Shown: positions 1 through 9,963 of the stretch, piece after piece
Layout of the letters: each line of letters begins with the position of its first letter
Position numbering within the stretch: the stretch's first letter is position 1
DNA from: Psychrobacter sp. DM4
Lineage (GTDB): Bacteria; Pseudomonadota; Gammaproteobacteria; Pseudomonadales; Moraxellaceae
Assembly (NCBI RefSeq): GCF_051307035.1
Contig: NZ_CP195536.1
Span: 2,460,001 to 2,492,000 of the forward strand
Direction of reading: 5' to 3'
Length of the DNA: 32,000 nucleotides
Position numbers and translations under genes: made by a program
Notes under the pieces: generated by a model
What the model was told of the DNA's origin: nothing
The model's database searches: none
Seen by the model: the letters and a program-made list of their open reading frames with translations, nothing else

Positions 1-364
1 TCGCCGCTTTACTGTCCTTGTCCTTGCTATCTTTGTCTTTGATAATAAGACGAATCTTGACACGCATAGGTGCTGCAAAGGTAGAGCCACGAAGGATACA
101 CTCACGTTCATCAAACTCAGGTGTCCCTAAGTAATACTCAACAAACTGTAATTCAGCGTTACCTGAGTGACTCTCAATTGGGAAAATAGAAGAGTATGCT
201 GCTTGCAAACCAGTATTCTCACGAGCTTTTGGCTTTTTGTGCTCTTGCAAAAATTGCTCGTAGGAATCTACTTGAATAGACAGTAAATAGGGAATGTCCA
301 TCACAGTGGGCAATTCAGCAAAACTTTTGCGAATACGCTTTTTTTCAGTATAAGAATATGCCAT
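1..364 (-). CDS. rpoB: DNA-directed RNA polymerase beta subunit, N-terminal fragment (continues off the left edge)
   Basis: Reverse-strand ATG at 362-364 preceded by an AAGGA-like SD. Manual translation [40 protein letters not shown]... is the conserved RpoB N-terminus. It lies downstream of rplL as in the rplKAJL-rpoBC cluster. It is absent from the ORF track because it runs off the window. Confidence 0.9.
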   Translation of the reverse strand, partial: MAYSYTEKKRIRKSFAELPTVMDIPYLLSIQVDSYEQFLQEHKKPKARENTGLQAAYSSIFPIESHSGNAELQFVEYYLGTPEFDERECILRGSTFAAPMRVKIRLIIKDKDSKDKDSKAA

Positions 365-849
365 CGAGAGTCCTTACAGTAAACATGAAAACAAATGAAA
401 ATCGTGACCAACCTATATAAAGTTGATGACGTAAACGATGATAAAACAACGAACACAATATAAGATAGAACATTGATAACGTAGAAATACAGGTATCTAC
501 GTTCAATATATTAGTAAAAAAGAGCCATGAACTTAAGGCAATTTATCTGCCTTCAAATTTCAGTGATAAAAATAGATAAATGCAATACCGTCACCTCTAT
601 GAATCTGCTAATAAGCAGTACAACCATTTAGGATTAGATAAAAATTCTAGAATCAATATAACTATAGTTTTAGTAGGAAAGCATGCAGACACAAAAAAAC
701 GCCAAACATCTAAGGACGTTTAGCTAAGTCAACTTATTTCAAAAACTGGCTTGTGTGCTTGCATGTATATCGTCTGTCCTTTTGATGGGTATCCACCGCT
801 TGTGATAGGGATGTTGGCAGACACAAAAGGTCAAGCTGTTTATTATAAT

Positions 850-888
850 AAAAAAGAGCTGGCAATGCAAGGCATTACCAGCTCTTTT
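850..888 (-). terminator. Rho-independent terminator/attenuator hairpin downstream of rplL
   Basis: 13-bp stem (856-868 gagctggcaatgc / 872-884 gcattaccagctc, one mismatch) with a 3-nt loop, followed on the minus strand by a run of 6 T (A-run 850-855). The position matches the known rplL-rpoB attenuator of E. coli. Confidence 0.75.
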
Positions 889-904
889 GTGTACTAGGTT
901 AAAC

Positions 905-1276
905 TTACTTTAGTTCAACGCTTGCACCAGCTTCTTCAAGCTTCTTCTTCAACTCTTCAGCTTCGTCTTTAGTTGCGCCTTCTTTGATTGGTGCTGGAGC
1001 ACTTTCAACCAAATCTTTCGCTTCTTTTAGACCAAGGCCAGTCGCTTCACGTACGGCTTTAATGACCGCAACTTTCTTTTCGCCAAAGCTTGAAAGAACG
1101 ACGTCAAATTCGTCTTTTTCTTCAGCAGCAGCAGCAGCAGGACCAGCAGCAGCAGGTGCAGCGGCAACAGCAGCAGTTACGCCGAATTTTTCTTCCATGT
1201 CGCTGATTAGCTCAACGATATCCATTACTGACATTTCAGCAATTGCGTTTAACACATCATCTTTAGATAGTGCCAT
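905..1276 (-). CDS. rplL: 50S ribosomal protein L7/L12
   Basis: 123 aa. The N-terminal dimerisation helix [24 protein letters not shown], the Ala/Pro hinge [16 protein letters not shown] and the C-terminal domain ...[15 protein letters not shown]... are all typical of L7/L12. Confidence 0.97.
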   Translation of the reverse strand: MALSKDDVLNAIAEMSVMDIVELISDMEEKFGVTAAVAAAPAAAGPAAAAAEEKDEFDVVLSSFGEKKVAVIKAVREATGLGLKEAKDLVESAPAPIKEGATKDEAEELKKKLEEAGASVELK

Positions 1277-1381
1277 GAGAACTCTCCGTTATCTGATAAA
1301 ATTTAATTGATTCTAATAGCGTGTATAAATAGGTTAAATAACCTAGATAGTACGCTACAAAATTTAAGTTAAAACAAGCAA

Positions 1382-1909
1382 TTAAGCCGCTTCTTTTGCG
1401 TCTTTGATTGCTGCTACAGTGCGAACAAATTTGCCTGGAACTGCGTTCATAGTCTGGACAAGCTTGGTCACTGGTGCATTCATAGTCGCCATGAGGATAG
1501 AGAGTGCTTCGTCGCGAGTTGGTAGCTTCGATACGCGCTCTAGCTCTTCTGGACCATAAACTTCACCACCGACTGATACTAACTTGGTCTCCAAAGCTTT
1601 GTTATCTTTGCTAAAGTCGTAAACGACTCTGGCAGCAGATCCCAAATCTTCCATAGAAAAGGCCAAAAGTAGTGGACCAGTCATACGGTCTGACATGCTC
1701 TCAAACTTAGTGCCTTCAAAAGCGCGTTTTGCTAAAGTGTTTTTGACCACTTTTAAAACGACACCTTTACCACGGGCTTGTTCGCGCAGCTGAGTAAGCT
1801 TTGCAACACCAATACCGTGATATTCGGCAGCTACTGCTGAGTAAGCATTAGCAGCAACTTCAGACACTTCAGCCACAACTTGTTGTTTTTGCTCTAGCGT
1901 TAATGCCAT
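1382..1909 (-). CDS. rplJ: 50S ribosomal protein L10
   Basis: 175 aa with an L10-like sequence (MALTLEQKQQVVAEVSEVA...), immediately upstream of rplL. Confidence 0.95.
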   Translation of the reverse strand: MALTLEQKQQVVAEVSEVAANAYSAVAAEYHGIGVAKLTQLREQARGKGVVLKVVKNTLAKRAFEGTKFESMSDRMTGPLLLAFSMEDLGSAARVVYDFSKDNKALETKLVSVGGEVYGPEELERVSKLPTRDEALSILMATMNAPVTKLVQTMNAVPGKFVRTVAAIKDAKEAA

Positions 1910-2275
1910 AAGTTGACTCCTTTAATCTTACCAATCCTCATGTAGTCTAAACCACAAAACAGGACTGACTTGATACGATACGCTACTGATAGAACTAACC
2001 AGCAGCGACTGATTACGGCACCGTTATCAGAATAACAATGAGTGGTAAGACAGCTTTCATCTTACCTCCTCTAGGTTTAAACTGGGTGGGTCACCGTCTG
2101 CGTAGGACAATTGAGATTTTCATCTGTCATCGATTAACAAGATCAACTCCAAGGTATTAAAAATGAATACTCTGGAACTGCGCTCTACCTACGGTCTTAG
2201 ACAGCATAGTAAATACTACGCTGACCTAATTTTTAAAATTCGTTTATAGCTATAATCTTACGATTTAAGTAAGTA
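1910..2275 (-). promoter_or_regulatory. rplJ leader region (expected L10 promoter plus the L10(L12)4 autoregulatory leader)
   Basis: 366-nt untranslated spacer between rplA and rplJ with several hairpins, for example ggtaaga/tcttacc at about 2044-2066. The assignment is positional, by analogy with the E. coli L10 leader. I could not verify the conserved leader structure by eye. Confidence 0.4.
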
Positions 2276-2977
2276 CTATTTAGCCATACGATATGGAACA
2301 GGATCAATAGTGATGCCTGGGCCCATCGTGCTAGATATGGTAATCTTCTTAATAAAAGTACCTTTAGAGGTTGCAGGCTTAGCGCGTTTTAGATCGGTCA
2401 GCAAAGCTTGTGCATTTTGCATTACTTGCTCAGCGGTAAAACCAACTTGACCGATAGTCGTATGGATAATACCTGCTTTGTCTACACGGTACTGTGCTTG
2501 ACCCGCTTTTGCGTTGGTCACAGCTTCAGCAACGTTTGGCGTTACCGTACCGACTTTTGGGTTAGGCATAAGGCCACGTGGACCTAGAATAGTACCTAAT
2601 TGACCAACAACACGCATAGCATCGGGAGCGGCGATAACGACATCAAAATCCATGTTGCCGGCTTTGATTTGTTCTGCTAGGTCTTCAAAACCTACGATGT
2701 CAGCACCCGCTTCTTTGGCAGCTTCAGCAGCAGCGCCTTGAGCAAATACAGCAACGCGTTTGGTTTTACCAGTACCCGCAGGTAGGTTAGTAGCACCGCG
2801 AACGACCTGATCAGATTTACGTGGGTCAACGCCCAAGTTTACTGCGATGTCGATAGACTCTTTGAATTTTAGCGCTGGCAAATCGTTTAAGATTTGAACA
2901 GCTTCTTCAATAGTGTACTGCTTGTCATTATCAACACGGCTATTGATTTCTTTTTGGCGTTTGGTTAGCTTACTCAT
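2276..2977 (-). CDS. rplA: 50S ribosomal protein L1
   Basis: 233 aa with an L1-like sequence (...[16 protein letters not shown]...). Its ATG directly abuts the rplK stop (TAAATG), consistent with translational coupling. Confidence 0.97.
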   Translation of the reverse strand: MSKLTKRQKEINSRVDNDKQYTIEEAVQILNDLPALKFKESIDIAVNLGVDPRKSDQVVRGATNLPAGTGKTKRVAVFAQGAAAEAAKEAGADIVGFEDLAEQIKAGNMDFDVVIAAPDAMRVVGQLGTILGPRGLMPNPKVGTVTPNVAEAVTNAKAGQAQYRVDKAGIIHTTIGQVGFTAEQVMQNAQALLTDLKRAKPATSKGTFIKKITISSTMGPGITIDPVPYRMAK

Positions 2978-3409
2978 TTACACACCCTCCACGGTAATGC
3001 CCATTGAACGTGCGGTACCAGCAATGGTACGAACAGCAGCGTCAAGATCGGCTGCGGTTAGGTCAGCGTCTTTGGTCTTTACGATCTCTTCTAACTGATC
3101 ACGAGTCACTTTACCAACTTTAGCAGTGTTTGGTGTCCCTGAACCTTTAGCGATACCTGCAGCTTTACGTAGTAAGAATGCCGCTGGTGGCGACTTCATG
3201 ATAAACGTAAATGATTTGTCGCTGTAAACGGTAATCTCTGTTGGAATCGGTAGACCTGGCTCTTGGCTTGAGGTCGCAGCGTTAAATTCTTTACAGAACG
3301 CCATGATGTTCACGCCTTTTTGACCCAATGCTGGACCGATCGGCGGTGAAGGATTTGCTTTGCCTGCAGGCACTTGTAGTTTGATGTACCCATCAATCTT
3401 CTTAGCCAT
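2978..3409 (-). CDS. rplK: 50S ribosomal protein L11
   Basis: 143 aa. [43 protein letters not shown] is the canonical L11 N-terminus. Confidence 0.97.
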   Translation of the reverse strand: MAKKIDGYIKLQVPAGKANPSPPIGPALGQKGVNIMAFCKEFNAATSSQEPGLPIPTEITVYSDKSFTFIMKSPPAAFLLRKAAGIAKGSGTPNTAKVGKVTRDQLEEIVKTKDADLTAADLDAAVRTIAGTARSMGITVEGV

Positions 3410-3497
3410 GATTGTCTCCTAAATGGGTGATAGCGCTAAGTTATTATCTATTAACGATAATAATAGGTAGCTCCCCGGTTAATGATAGGTCGATTAT

Positions 3498-4028
3498 CTA
3501 GTCTAGTTTTTCAACTTTACTAAATTCAAGTTCGACCTGAGTAGGTCTGTTAAATACATTTACCGTTAAATGTAGCTTAGATTTTTCGTAGTCCACTTTT
3601 TCGACCATACCTTTAAAGTCGGTAAAGGGGCCGTCAATGACCAGCAATTCTTCGCCTGGCTCAAAGAGTGTCTTGGGACGGGGATCGGCTTCTGCTTGGT
3701 TAAGACGGTTTAGGATACGATCCGCCTCTACTTGTGTAATAGGTGCTGGGGTCTCAGGCGTACCACCGATAAAGCCCATAATGCGCGGACACTCTTTAAC
3801 GATGTGCCACGTGTTATCGTTCATCTCCATCTGGATAAGAACATAACCTGGAAAAAACTTACGCTCACTTTTGCGCTTTTTGCCGTCTTTCATCTCGACC
3901 ACTTCTTCTGTTGGCACAAGAACATCACCAAAAGAGTCTGCAAAGTCGCTACGATTAATACGATCTGTTAGTGAACGCTGTACTTGCTTTTCATATCCTG
4001 AAAACGCTTGGACAATATACCAACGCAT
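3498..4028 (-). CDS. nusG: Transcription termination/antitermination factor NusG
   Basis: 176 aa. [31 protein letters not shown] and the C-terminal KOW region align closely with E. coli NusG. Confidence 0.96.
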   Translation of the reverse strand: MRWYIVQAFSGYEKQVQRSLTDRINRSDFADSFGDVLVPTEEVVEMKDGKKRKSERKFFPGYVLIQMEMNDNTWHIVKECPRIMGFIGGTPETPAPITQVEADRILNRLNQAEADPRPKTLFEPGEELLVIDGPFTDFKGMVEKVDYEKSKLHLTVNVFNRPTQVELEFSKVEKLD

Positions 4029-4114
4029 TTGACGCTCCTGATCGTTTGAGTCGTTATAGATAAACGCCAGCTAGAACTAATATGGTTTTGCTAAAAGCTT
4101 ATAACCAATAGATC

Positions 4115-4603
4115 TTAGCCGATAAAGATACCGACGAACCAATTAAAGAAGTTATCGAGTAACCAAATAAAAAACCCAACGATACCTATGACGACAATCG
4201 TCTGCCATGTGTATTGAAAGGTCTCATCTTTACCTGGCCAAGTGACGCGGCGCAGTTCAACTGCTGCGTCTCTTAGTAGGATTTTAAAGGCGCGACCTTG
4301 GTGAGTCAGCGCCAAACACACTAATGCAAATACGGCGAGCGCGACGATGATACCAATACGTACCCAAACGTCATTCGCCGCTTGCCAATAGCCTGGCAAG
4401 TACTGATTTGCAAAAGTCGCTGCAATTAATGCCACTATGGCAAGTAACCATAGCATCATATCTTTAGCTGAACCAGTCTTAGCGACTTCGACAGCAGAGG
4501 TGTTCCCTGCTGAAACGTGCTTTGATTTGCTCAGCATTCCACCAGCCGCCGTATTAGGGGCATCAGATAACTTAGAATCGAGGTTATCCTGATTATTGCT
4601 CAT
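4115..4603 (-). CDS. secE: Preprotein translocase subunit SecE (with a hydrophilic N-terminal extension; start uncertain)
   Basis: 162 aa with three hydrophobic segments and the conserved ...ELRRVTWPGKDET... motif before the last TM helix. It sits between tRNA-Trp and nusG. No clear SD at 4603; an alternative ATG lies at residue 23. Confidence 0.85.
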   Translation of the reverse strand: MSNNQDNLDSKLSDAPNTAAGGMLSKSKHVSAGNTSAVEVAKTGSAKDMMLWLLAIVALIAATFANQYLPGYWQAANDVWVRIGIIVALAVFALVCLALTHQGRAFKILLRDAAVELRRVTWPGKDETFQYTWQTIVVIGIVGFFIWLLDNFFNWFVGIFIG

Positions 4604-4652
4604 AAAGAACTCGCTTTGGAGGTGGCGTATAACAGAAGATATGATAAGAAGA

Positions 4653-4728
4653 TGGCAGGCGATGTAGGACTCGAACCTACAACCCTCGGTTTTGGAGACC
4701 GATGCTCTACCAATTGAGCCAATCGCCT
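4653..4728 (-). tRNA. trpT: tRNA-Trp (anticodon CCA), 76 nt with encoded CCA end
   Basis: Manual cloverleaf on the minus strand. Acceptor AGGCGAT/ATCGCCT, D stem GCTC/GAGC, anticodon stem TCGGT/ACCGA with loop CTCCAAA, T stem GTAGG/CCTAC with loop TTCGAGT, discriminator G, then CCA. Confidence 0.95.
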
Positions 4729-4747
4729 ATGGGTGTTAAGGCTGATA

Positions 4748-4775
4748 ATTATACCTATCTTTAATTAGAATGCAA
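4748..4775 (-). promoter_or_regulatory. Sigma70-type promoter for tRNA-Trp-secE-nusG
   Basis: Minus strand reads TTGCAT (4770-4775), a 16-nt spacer, then TATAAT (4748-4753). This is about 20 nt upstream of the tRNA 5' end and just downstream of the tuf terminator. Confidence 0.6.
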
Positions 4776-4858
4776 GTTTTGCCGTATTATTTTATATAAA
4801 TATGTCCGAGAAGTTTAAGATTGAAGCTACATATAGTAATACCCTATCCCCCACCCAC

Positions 4859-4884
4859 AAAAAAGCCACCCTCGAAAGGATGGC
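4859..4884 (-). terminator. Rho-independent terminator downstream of tuf
   Basis: Minus strand reads GCCATCC-TTTCGA-GGGTGGC (7-bp stem, one G-U pair) followed by TTTTTT. It lies 37 nt after the tuf stop. Confidence 0.8.
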
Positions 4885-4920
4885 TTTTACTTATCTAATA
4901 GTTAGAGTCTAATCTAATGA

Positions 4921-6111
4921 TTAGTCCTTAACCGTAGCAACCACACCAGCGCCGACCGTACGGCCGCCTTCACGAATAGCGAAGCGAAGACCTTTGTCCA
5001 TAGCGATTGGATGGATAAGCTCAACGCCCATCTCAACGTTGTCGCCAGGCATAACCATTTCAGTACCGTCTTGTAATTGGATTGCGCCAGTCACGTCAGT
5101 GGTACGGAAGTAGAACTGTGGACGATAGCCGTTTAGGAATGGTGTGTGACGACCACCCTCTTCTTTTGACAGTACGTATACTTCGGCATCAAACTTGGTA
5201 TGCGGGGTGATTGAACCTGGCTTAGCTAGTACTTGGCCACGTTGTACGTCTTCACGCTTGGTACCACGTAGTAGTACGCCACAGTTCTCACCAGCACGAC
5301 CTTCGTCAAGCAGTTTACGGAACATCTCTACACCAGTACAGGTGGTTTTTTGGGTGTCACGGATACCGACGATTTCGATCTCGTCGCCTACGCGGACGAT
5401 ACCAGACTCAACACGGCCGGTAACAACGGTACCACGACCTGAGATTGAGAAGACGTCTTCGATCGGCATTAGGAATGCTTTGTCGACGTCACGCTCAGGC
5501 TCTGGGATGTAGGTGTCTAGAATCTCTAGTAGTTCGACAACAGCTGGTTCGCCGTATTTGTCTTCTGAGCCTTTTAGGGCTTCTGTGGCACTACCTTTTA
5601 CGATTGGGGTGTCGTCGCCTGGGAAGTCGTAGTCAGAAAGGAGTTCACGTACTTCCATTTCGACGAGCTCTAGTAGTTCTTCGTCGTCAACCATGTCACA
5701 TTTGTTCATGAAGACGATGATGTAGGGTACGCCTACCTGACGAGAGAGCAAGATGTGCTCACGCGTTTGTGGCATTGGGCCGTCTGTGGCTGATACGACT
5801 AGGATGGCGCCATCCATTTGGGCGGCACCTGTGATCATGTTTTTAACATAATCGGCGTGACCTGGGCAATCAACGTGGGCGTAATGACGGGCTTCGGTGT
5901 CATATTCAATGTGTGAGGTGTTGATGGTGATGCCACGTGCTTTTTCTTCAGGTGCTGAGTCAATAGACGCGTAGTCTTTGGCTTCGCCGCCTGAGGTTTT
6001 TGCCGCTACGGTTGCGATAGCTGCGGTTAGGGTGGTTTTACCATGGTCAACGTGTCCGATGGTGCCGACGTTAACGTGGGGCTTTACGCGTTCAAACTTG
6101 GCCTTTGCCAT
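4921..6111 (-). CDS. tuf: Elongation factor Tu
   Basis: 396 aa with the [18 protein letters not shown] and NKCD GTPase motifs. Full-length EF-Tu similarity. Confidence 0.99.
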   Translation of the reverse strand: MAKAKFERVKPHVNVGTIGHVDHGKTTLTAAIATVAAKTSGGEAKDYASIDSAPEEKARGITINTSHIEYDTEARHYAHVDCPGHADYVKNMITGAAQMDGAILVVSATDGPMPQTREHILLSRQVGVPYIIVFMNKCDMVDDEELLELVEMEVRELLSDYDFPGDDTPIVKGSATEALKGSEDKYGEPAVVELLEILDTYIPEPERDVDKAFLMPIEDVFSISGRGTVVTGRVESGIVRVGDEIEIVGIRDTQKTTCTGVEMFRKLLDEGRAGENCGVLLRGTKREDVQRGQVLAKPGSITPHTKFDAEVYVLSKEEGGRHTPFLNGYRPQFYFRTTDVTGAIQLQDGTEMVMPGDNVEMGVELIHPIAMDKGLRFAIREGGRTVGAGVVATVKD

Positions 6112-6234
6112 GAGGTTTTCCTTTTTATGTGGAGTCAGCCTTTACTTTTTTCTTAAACCAAATTAAGCATAAAAGGTAAAGATAAGCTGAGCCCTTAAGA
6201 TAATGAGTAAGGGTTGCACTTTTAGTGTGCAGAT

Positions 6235-6262
6235 ATTATAAGAAAATTACGACCAATAACAA
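6235..6262 (-). promoter_or_regulatory. Candidate internal promoter for tuf in the fusA-tuf spacer
   Basis: Minus strand reads TTGTTA (6257-6262), a 16-nt spacer, then TATAAT (6235-6240). The predicted leader is about 115 nt. Confidence 0.45.
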
Positions 6263-6294
6263 GTCTTTTAACCAATTATTGGCGTATTCTCTAT

Positions 6295-6325
6295 TGGCAA
6301 TACAGAAATGTCTCCTGTATTGCCA
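6295..6325 (-). other. Perfect 11-bp stem-loop downstream of fusA, with no U-tract
   Basis: tggcaatacag (6295-6305) pairs with ctgtattgcca (6315-6325) around a 9-nt loop, 32 nt after the fusA stop. No T-run follows on either strand. Confidence 0.6.
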
Positions 6326-6357
6326 TGATTCAATAAAATTGCTACTAGTAAACAAAT

Positions 6358-8481
6358 TTAGTCATCGTCTTTAGAGTTGAACTTAGAGATGATTTCAGCA
6401 GATACTGACTTTGGAATTTCAGCGTACTTTTGGAATTCCATTGAGTAAGTAGCACGGCCTTGCGACATTGAACGCATTTGCGTGGCATACCCAAACATCT
6501 CCGCTAATGGTACTTCAGCACGGATCTGCTTAGTACCACCAGGCAAATCTTCCATGCCCTGCACCATACCGCGGCGACGGTTAAGATCGCCCATGATGTC
6601 ACCCATGTAATCTTCAGGGGTTTCAACTTCAACTTTCATGACCGGCTCAAGTAGTGTTGGGTTGGCAGCCATAAAGCCTTTTCTAAAGGCCATAGAACCT
6701 GCCATCTTAAATGACAATTCATCCGAGTCAACGTCATGGTAAGAACCATCATACAAAGTCGCTTTTACGCCAACGACTGGATAGCCTGCCAATACACCGT
6801 TTTTCATGCGCTCTTGAATACCCTTGTCAACCGCACCGTGAAATTCTTTTGGTACCGTACCGCCAACCACTTCTTCAGCGAATTCATACAGAACGTCGCC
6901 CGCTGGATCCATAGGCTCAAGACGTAACCAGACGTGACCGAATTTACCACGACCACCGGTTTGACGTACGAATTTGCCTTCTTGTTCAACCGTCTCACGA
7001 ATCGTCTCACGATAAGCAACCTGCGGCGCACCGATGTTCGCTTCAACACTGAACTCACGCTTCATGCGATCAACCAAGATCTCAAGATGCAATTCACCCA
7101 TACCACTGATGATTGTTTGACCAGACTCTTCATCCGTATGAACACGGAATGATGGATCTTCTTTTGCCAGACGACCAAGCGCGATAGACATTTTTTCTTG
7201 GTCCGCTTTAGTCTTAGGTTCAACGGCTAGACTAATAACAGGATCTGGGAATTCCATACGCTCAAGAGTAATCACATTACTCTCATCACACAAAGTATCA
7301 CCAGTCGTTACATCTTTCATGCCAACCAATGCTGCGATATCACCCGTACGAATCTCTTGTAACTCTTCTTGAGAGTTCGCCATCATCTGTACGATACGAC
7401 CAACGCGCTCACGCTTCATCTTAACCGGATTATAAACGCTGCTACCTTGCGTTAAAACACCAGAATAGACGCGAACGAAGGTTAAGTTACCAACGAACTT
7501 ATCATTCATAATTTTGAATGCTAAAGCTGAGAACGGTACATCGTCAGATGCTTCACGAAAGCCTTCGCTTTCATCTTTGTCATCAAGGATACCTTTAATA
7601 GCTGGAACATCCATAGGTGCTGGTAGATACTGAATAACTGCATCCAACATCTTTTGGACGCCTTTGTTTTTAAAGGCGGTACCACAAAGTAATGGAATGA
7701 TTTCGTTCTCAATAGTCAACTGACGAATAGCACTGTTGATTTGATCAACCGTCAATTCACCGTTTTCTAAATACTCATCCATTAACTCTTCTGACGCTTC
7801 GGCAGCGCTCTCTACGAGATACTCGCGATACTCTTCCGCTTTTTCTTGTAGCTCAGTTGGAATCTCACGCTCATCGTATTCCATACCTTGAGACGCTTCA
7901 TCCCAATAGATGGCTTTCATGGTCACAAGATCAATAACCCCTTCAAAGTCATCTTCTTTGCCAATTGGAATAACCAAAGGCACCGGCTTACCACCTAGAC
8001 GGGTTTTGATCTGCTCAATCACGCGATAAAAATCAGCACCAACGCGATCCATTTTATTAACGAATGCTAAGCGTGGTACTTTGTATTTATTTGCTTGACG
8101 CCATACGGTCTCAGACTGGGGCTGTACGCCACCCACTGCACAGTAAACCATGCAAGCGCCATCAAGCACACGCATAGAACGTTCAACTTCAATCGTGAAA
8201 TCAACGTGACCTGGAGTGTCGATGATGTTGATGCGATGCTCATCAAATTGCTTGGCCATACCTGACCAAAAACAAGTCGTTGCCGCTGAGGTGATAGTGA
8301 TACCACGCTCTTGTTCTTGCTCCATCCAATCCATAGTGGCTGCGCCATCATGAACTTCGCCAATTTTGTGACTAACACCAGTATAGAATAAAACACGCTC
8401 AGTAGTAGTGGTCTTACCCGCATCAATGTGTGCTGAGATACCAATATTGCGATAGCGTTTTAGGGGAGTTTTACGAGCCAT
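6358..8481 (-). CDS. fusA: Elongation factor G
   Basis: 707 aa with [20 protein letters not shown] and NKMD motifs. Full-length EF-G similarity. Confidence 0.99.
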   Translation of the reverse strand: MARKTPLKRYRNIGISAHIDAGKTTTTERVLFYTGVSHKIGEVHDGAATMDWMEQEQERGITITSAATTCFWSGMAKQFDEHRINIIDTPGHVDFTIEVERSMRVLDGACMVYCAVGGVQPQSETVWRQANKYKVPRLAFVNKMDRVGADFYRVIEQIKTRLGGKPVPLVIPIGKEDDFEGVIDLVTMKAIYWDEASQGMEYDEREIPTELQEKAEEYREYLVESAAEASEELMDEYLENGELTVDQINSAIRQLTIENEIIPLLCGTAFKNKGVQKMLDAVIQYLPAPMDVPAIKGILDDKDESEGFREASDDVPFSALAFKIMNDKFVGNLTFVRVYSGVLTQGSSVYNPVKMKRERVGRIVQMMANSQEELQEIRTGDIAALVGMKDVTTGDTLCDESNVITLERMEFPDPVISLAVEPKTKADQEKMSIALGRLAKEDPSFRVHTDEESGQTIISGMGELHLEILVDRMKREFSVEANIGAPQVAYRETIRETVEQEGKFVRQTGGRGKFGHVWLRLEPMDPAGDVLYEFAEEVVGGTVPKEFHGAVDKGIQERMKNGVLAGYPVVGVKATLYDGSYHDVDSDELSFKMAGSMAFRKGFMAANPTLLEPVMKVEVETPEDYMGDIMGDLNRRRGMVQGMEDLPGGTKQIRAEVPLAEMFGYATQMRSMSQGRATYSMEFQKYAEIPKSVSAEIISKFNSKDDD

Positions 8482-8823
8482 AGTATTTTCCTAGGAAAAG
8501 TCGTGTATGTATTAATATAGGGTAGTGCTCTACCTCATAGTTTCAATAAAAGCGTTATCCTGACAAAAGCAGTCGGCTGTTGAGTCATAGGCTTCTATAT
8601 AATGCTCAAAGCTATCTAAATAATATGTAGATAAAAAGAGACTCTATGAAAGTATGGAGGCATCAAATTTGGAATACTGTCGTTCAAACATCAGGCTCAA
8701 AGCAGTATCAGGATAGATATCCGCCATCTAGACTGTCATATTTTAAATAGTATTGGAATACAAATAATCTAAATGATGGCGGCAATCAGTAGAATAAATC
8801 AATTACAAACAGGCAAAAGTGAT

Positions 8824-9297
8824 TTAGAAGCGATAATGTGAGAACGCTTTGTTTGCATCCGCCATGCGGTGAACTTCGTCACGCTTTTTCATAGCATTGC
8901 CTTTACCTTCTGATGCATCACCCAATTCGCCAGCAAGGCGTAGAGCCATAGATTTCTCAGAACGCTTAGCAGCAGCTTCAGCTAACCAACGCATAGCCAA
9001 GGCAGTACGACGGGAGGGACGTACTTCCATAGGTACTTGATAGGTTGCACCGCCAACGCGGCGAGCTTTTACTTCTACCATAGGGCGTACGTTTTCTAGA
9101 ACGTCTTCAAAAAATGAGACGGGATCTTCAACGTTACGCTTTTCACTGATCGTTTCAAGAGCACCATAAACGATACGCTCAGCAGTAGATTTTTTGCCAT
9201 CACTCATGATGTGATTGATGAATTTGGCGATAGTTTGGCTACCAAACTTAGGATCCGGTAGGATCTCACGGGTAGCAACAACGCGACGTCTTGGCAT
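8824..9297 (-). CDS. rpsG: 30S ribosomal protein S7
   Basis: The conserved S7 start MPRRRVV... is residue 12 of the tracked ORF. ATG at 9295-9297 is preceded by AAGGA at a suitable distance. This gives 157 aa. Confidence 0.95.
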   Translation of the reverse strand: MPRRRVVATREILPDPKFGSQTIAKFINHIMSDGKKSTAERIVYGALETISEKRNVEDPVSFFEDVLENVRPMVEVKARRVGGATYQVPMEVRPSRRTALAMRWLAEAAAKRSEKSMALRLAGELGDASEGKGNAMKKRDEVHRMADANKAFSHYRF

Positions 9298-9487
9298 AAT
9301 AATATCCTTGTCTTCAGGAGTGTCTGACATTCACAAGATGGCATTGCCAATAGTGGCAAAAAGCAAGTTGTCAGTCAGCCTTACTGCATAGTGGTATGTT
9401 CGCCTAAAAGCTAAAACACCAAACCCATGCACAGTTAATGGGTAGTACTAAGAATCTTAGTGAGTAACTGATTAATAACATCAGTAC

Positions 9488-9862
9488 TTAGACTTTAGGT
9501 TTCTTAGCACCATATTTAGAGCGACCTTGCTTACGGTCTTTTACGCCAGCGCAATCTAATGCACCGCGAACGGTGTGATAACGTACACCCGGTAGATCTT
9601 TTACACGACCACCGCGGATAAGAACAACACTGTGCTCTTGTAAGTTATGACCTTCGCCGCCGATGTAGCTTGATACTTCATAACCTGAAGTCAGACGTAC
9701 ACGGCATACTTTACGCATGGCAGAGTTAGGTTTTTTAGGTGTCGTAGTATATACACGAGTACATACACCACGGCGCTGTGGGCACGCTTGCAACGCAGGA
9801 ACTTTTGACTTTTCCTTGATGGTTTTGCGACCCTTACGAATCAATTGGTTAGTTGTTGCCAT
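9488..9862 (-). CDS. rpsL: 30S ribosomal protein S12
   Basis: The conserved S12 start [13 protein letters not shown]... is residue 30 of the tracked ORF. ATG at 9860-9862 is preceded by GAGAAGGA. This gives 124 aa and includes the [10 protein letters not shown] motif. Confidence 0.96.
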   Translation of the reverse strand: MATTNQLIRKGRKTIKEKSKVPALQACPQRRGVCTRVYTTTPKKPNSAMRKVCRVRLTSGYEVSSYIGGEGHNLQEHSVVLIRGGRVKDLPGVRYHTVRGALDCAGVKDRKQGRSKYGAKKPKV

Positions 9863-9963
9863 AAGGCATCCTTCTCCCGTTGGGTATAAAACAAAAAAAT
9901 GGGCTAATCCACTAAAATCTTGTTCAAAACAAAATCTTGTGGCACCCATTTTTAGGACAATGT

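Noticed and set aside
984-1310. 108-aa plus-strand ORF antisense to rplL.
   Set aside because: It lies entirely within a highly conserved ribosomal gene. The open frame comes from the GC-rich Ala-codon repeat of the L12 hinge read in antisense.
5195-8444. Multiple alternative-frame and antisense ORFs inside tuf and fusA: 5195-5512, 5445-5711, 5978-6166, 6711-6914, 6736-6927, 6804-7058, 6934-7152, 7521-7712 and 8067-8444.
   Set aside because: All are nested in strongly conserved, highly expressed genes. Their translations are low-complexity or Arg/Ser/Leu-rich, with no recognisable motifs and no SD sequences. This is the typical by-product of strong codon bias.
8646-8750. 34-aa plus-strand ORF (MKVWRHQIWNTVVQTSGSKQYQDRYPPSRLSYFK) in the rpsG-fusA spacer.
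   Set aside because: It is antisense to a heavily transcribed operon. It has only a weak purine-rich stretch upstream and no recognisable features. This is consistent with a chance ORF in AT-rich DNA.
6291-9354. Shared 11-mer: ctattggcaat at 6291-6301 and its reverse complement attgccaatag at 9344-9354. This hinted at a dispersed repeat in the str operon spacers.
   Set aside because: An 11-bp match somewhere within 32 kb on two strands is expected many times by chance, and the flanks do not extend the similarity.
9298-9949. N-terminal extensions of the tracked rpsG ORF (to 9330) and rpsL ORF (to 9949).
   Set aside because: The conserved S7 (MPRRRVV) and S12 (MATTNQL) starts have good SD sequences at 9297 and 9862. 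The extensions carry no conserved sequence, and the rpsL extension would start almost at the predicted transcription start.
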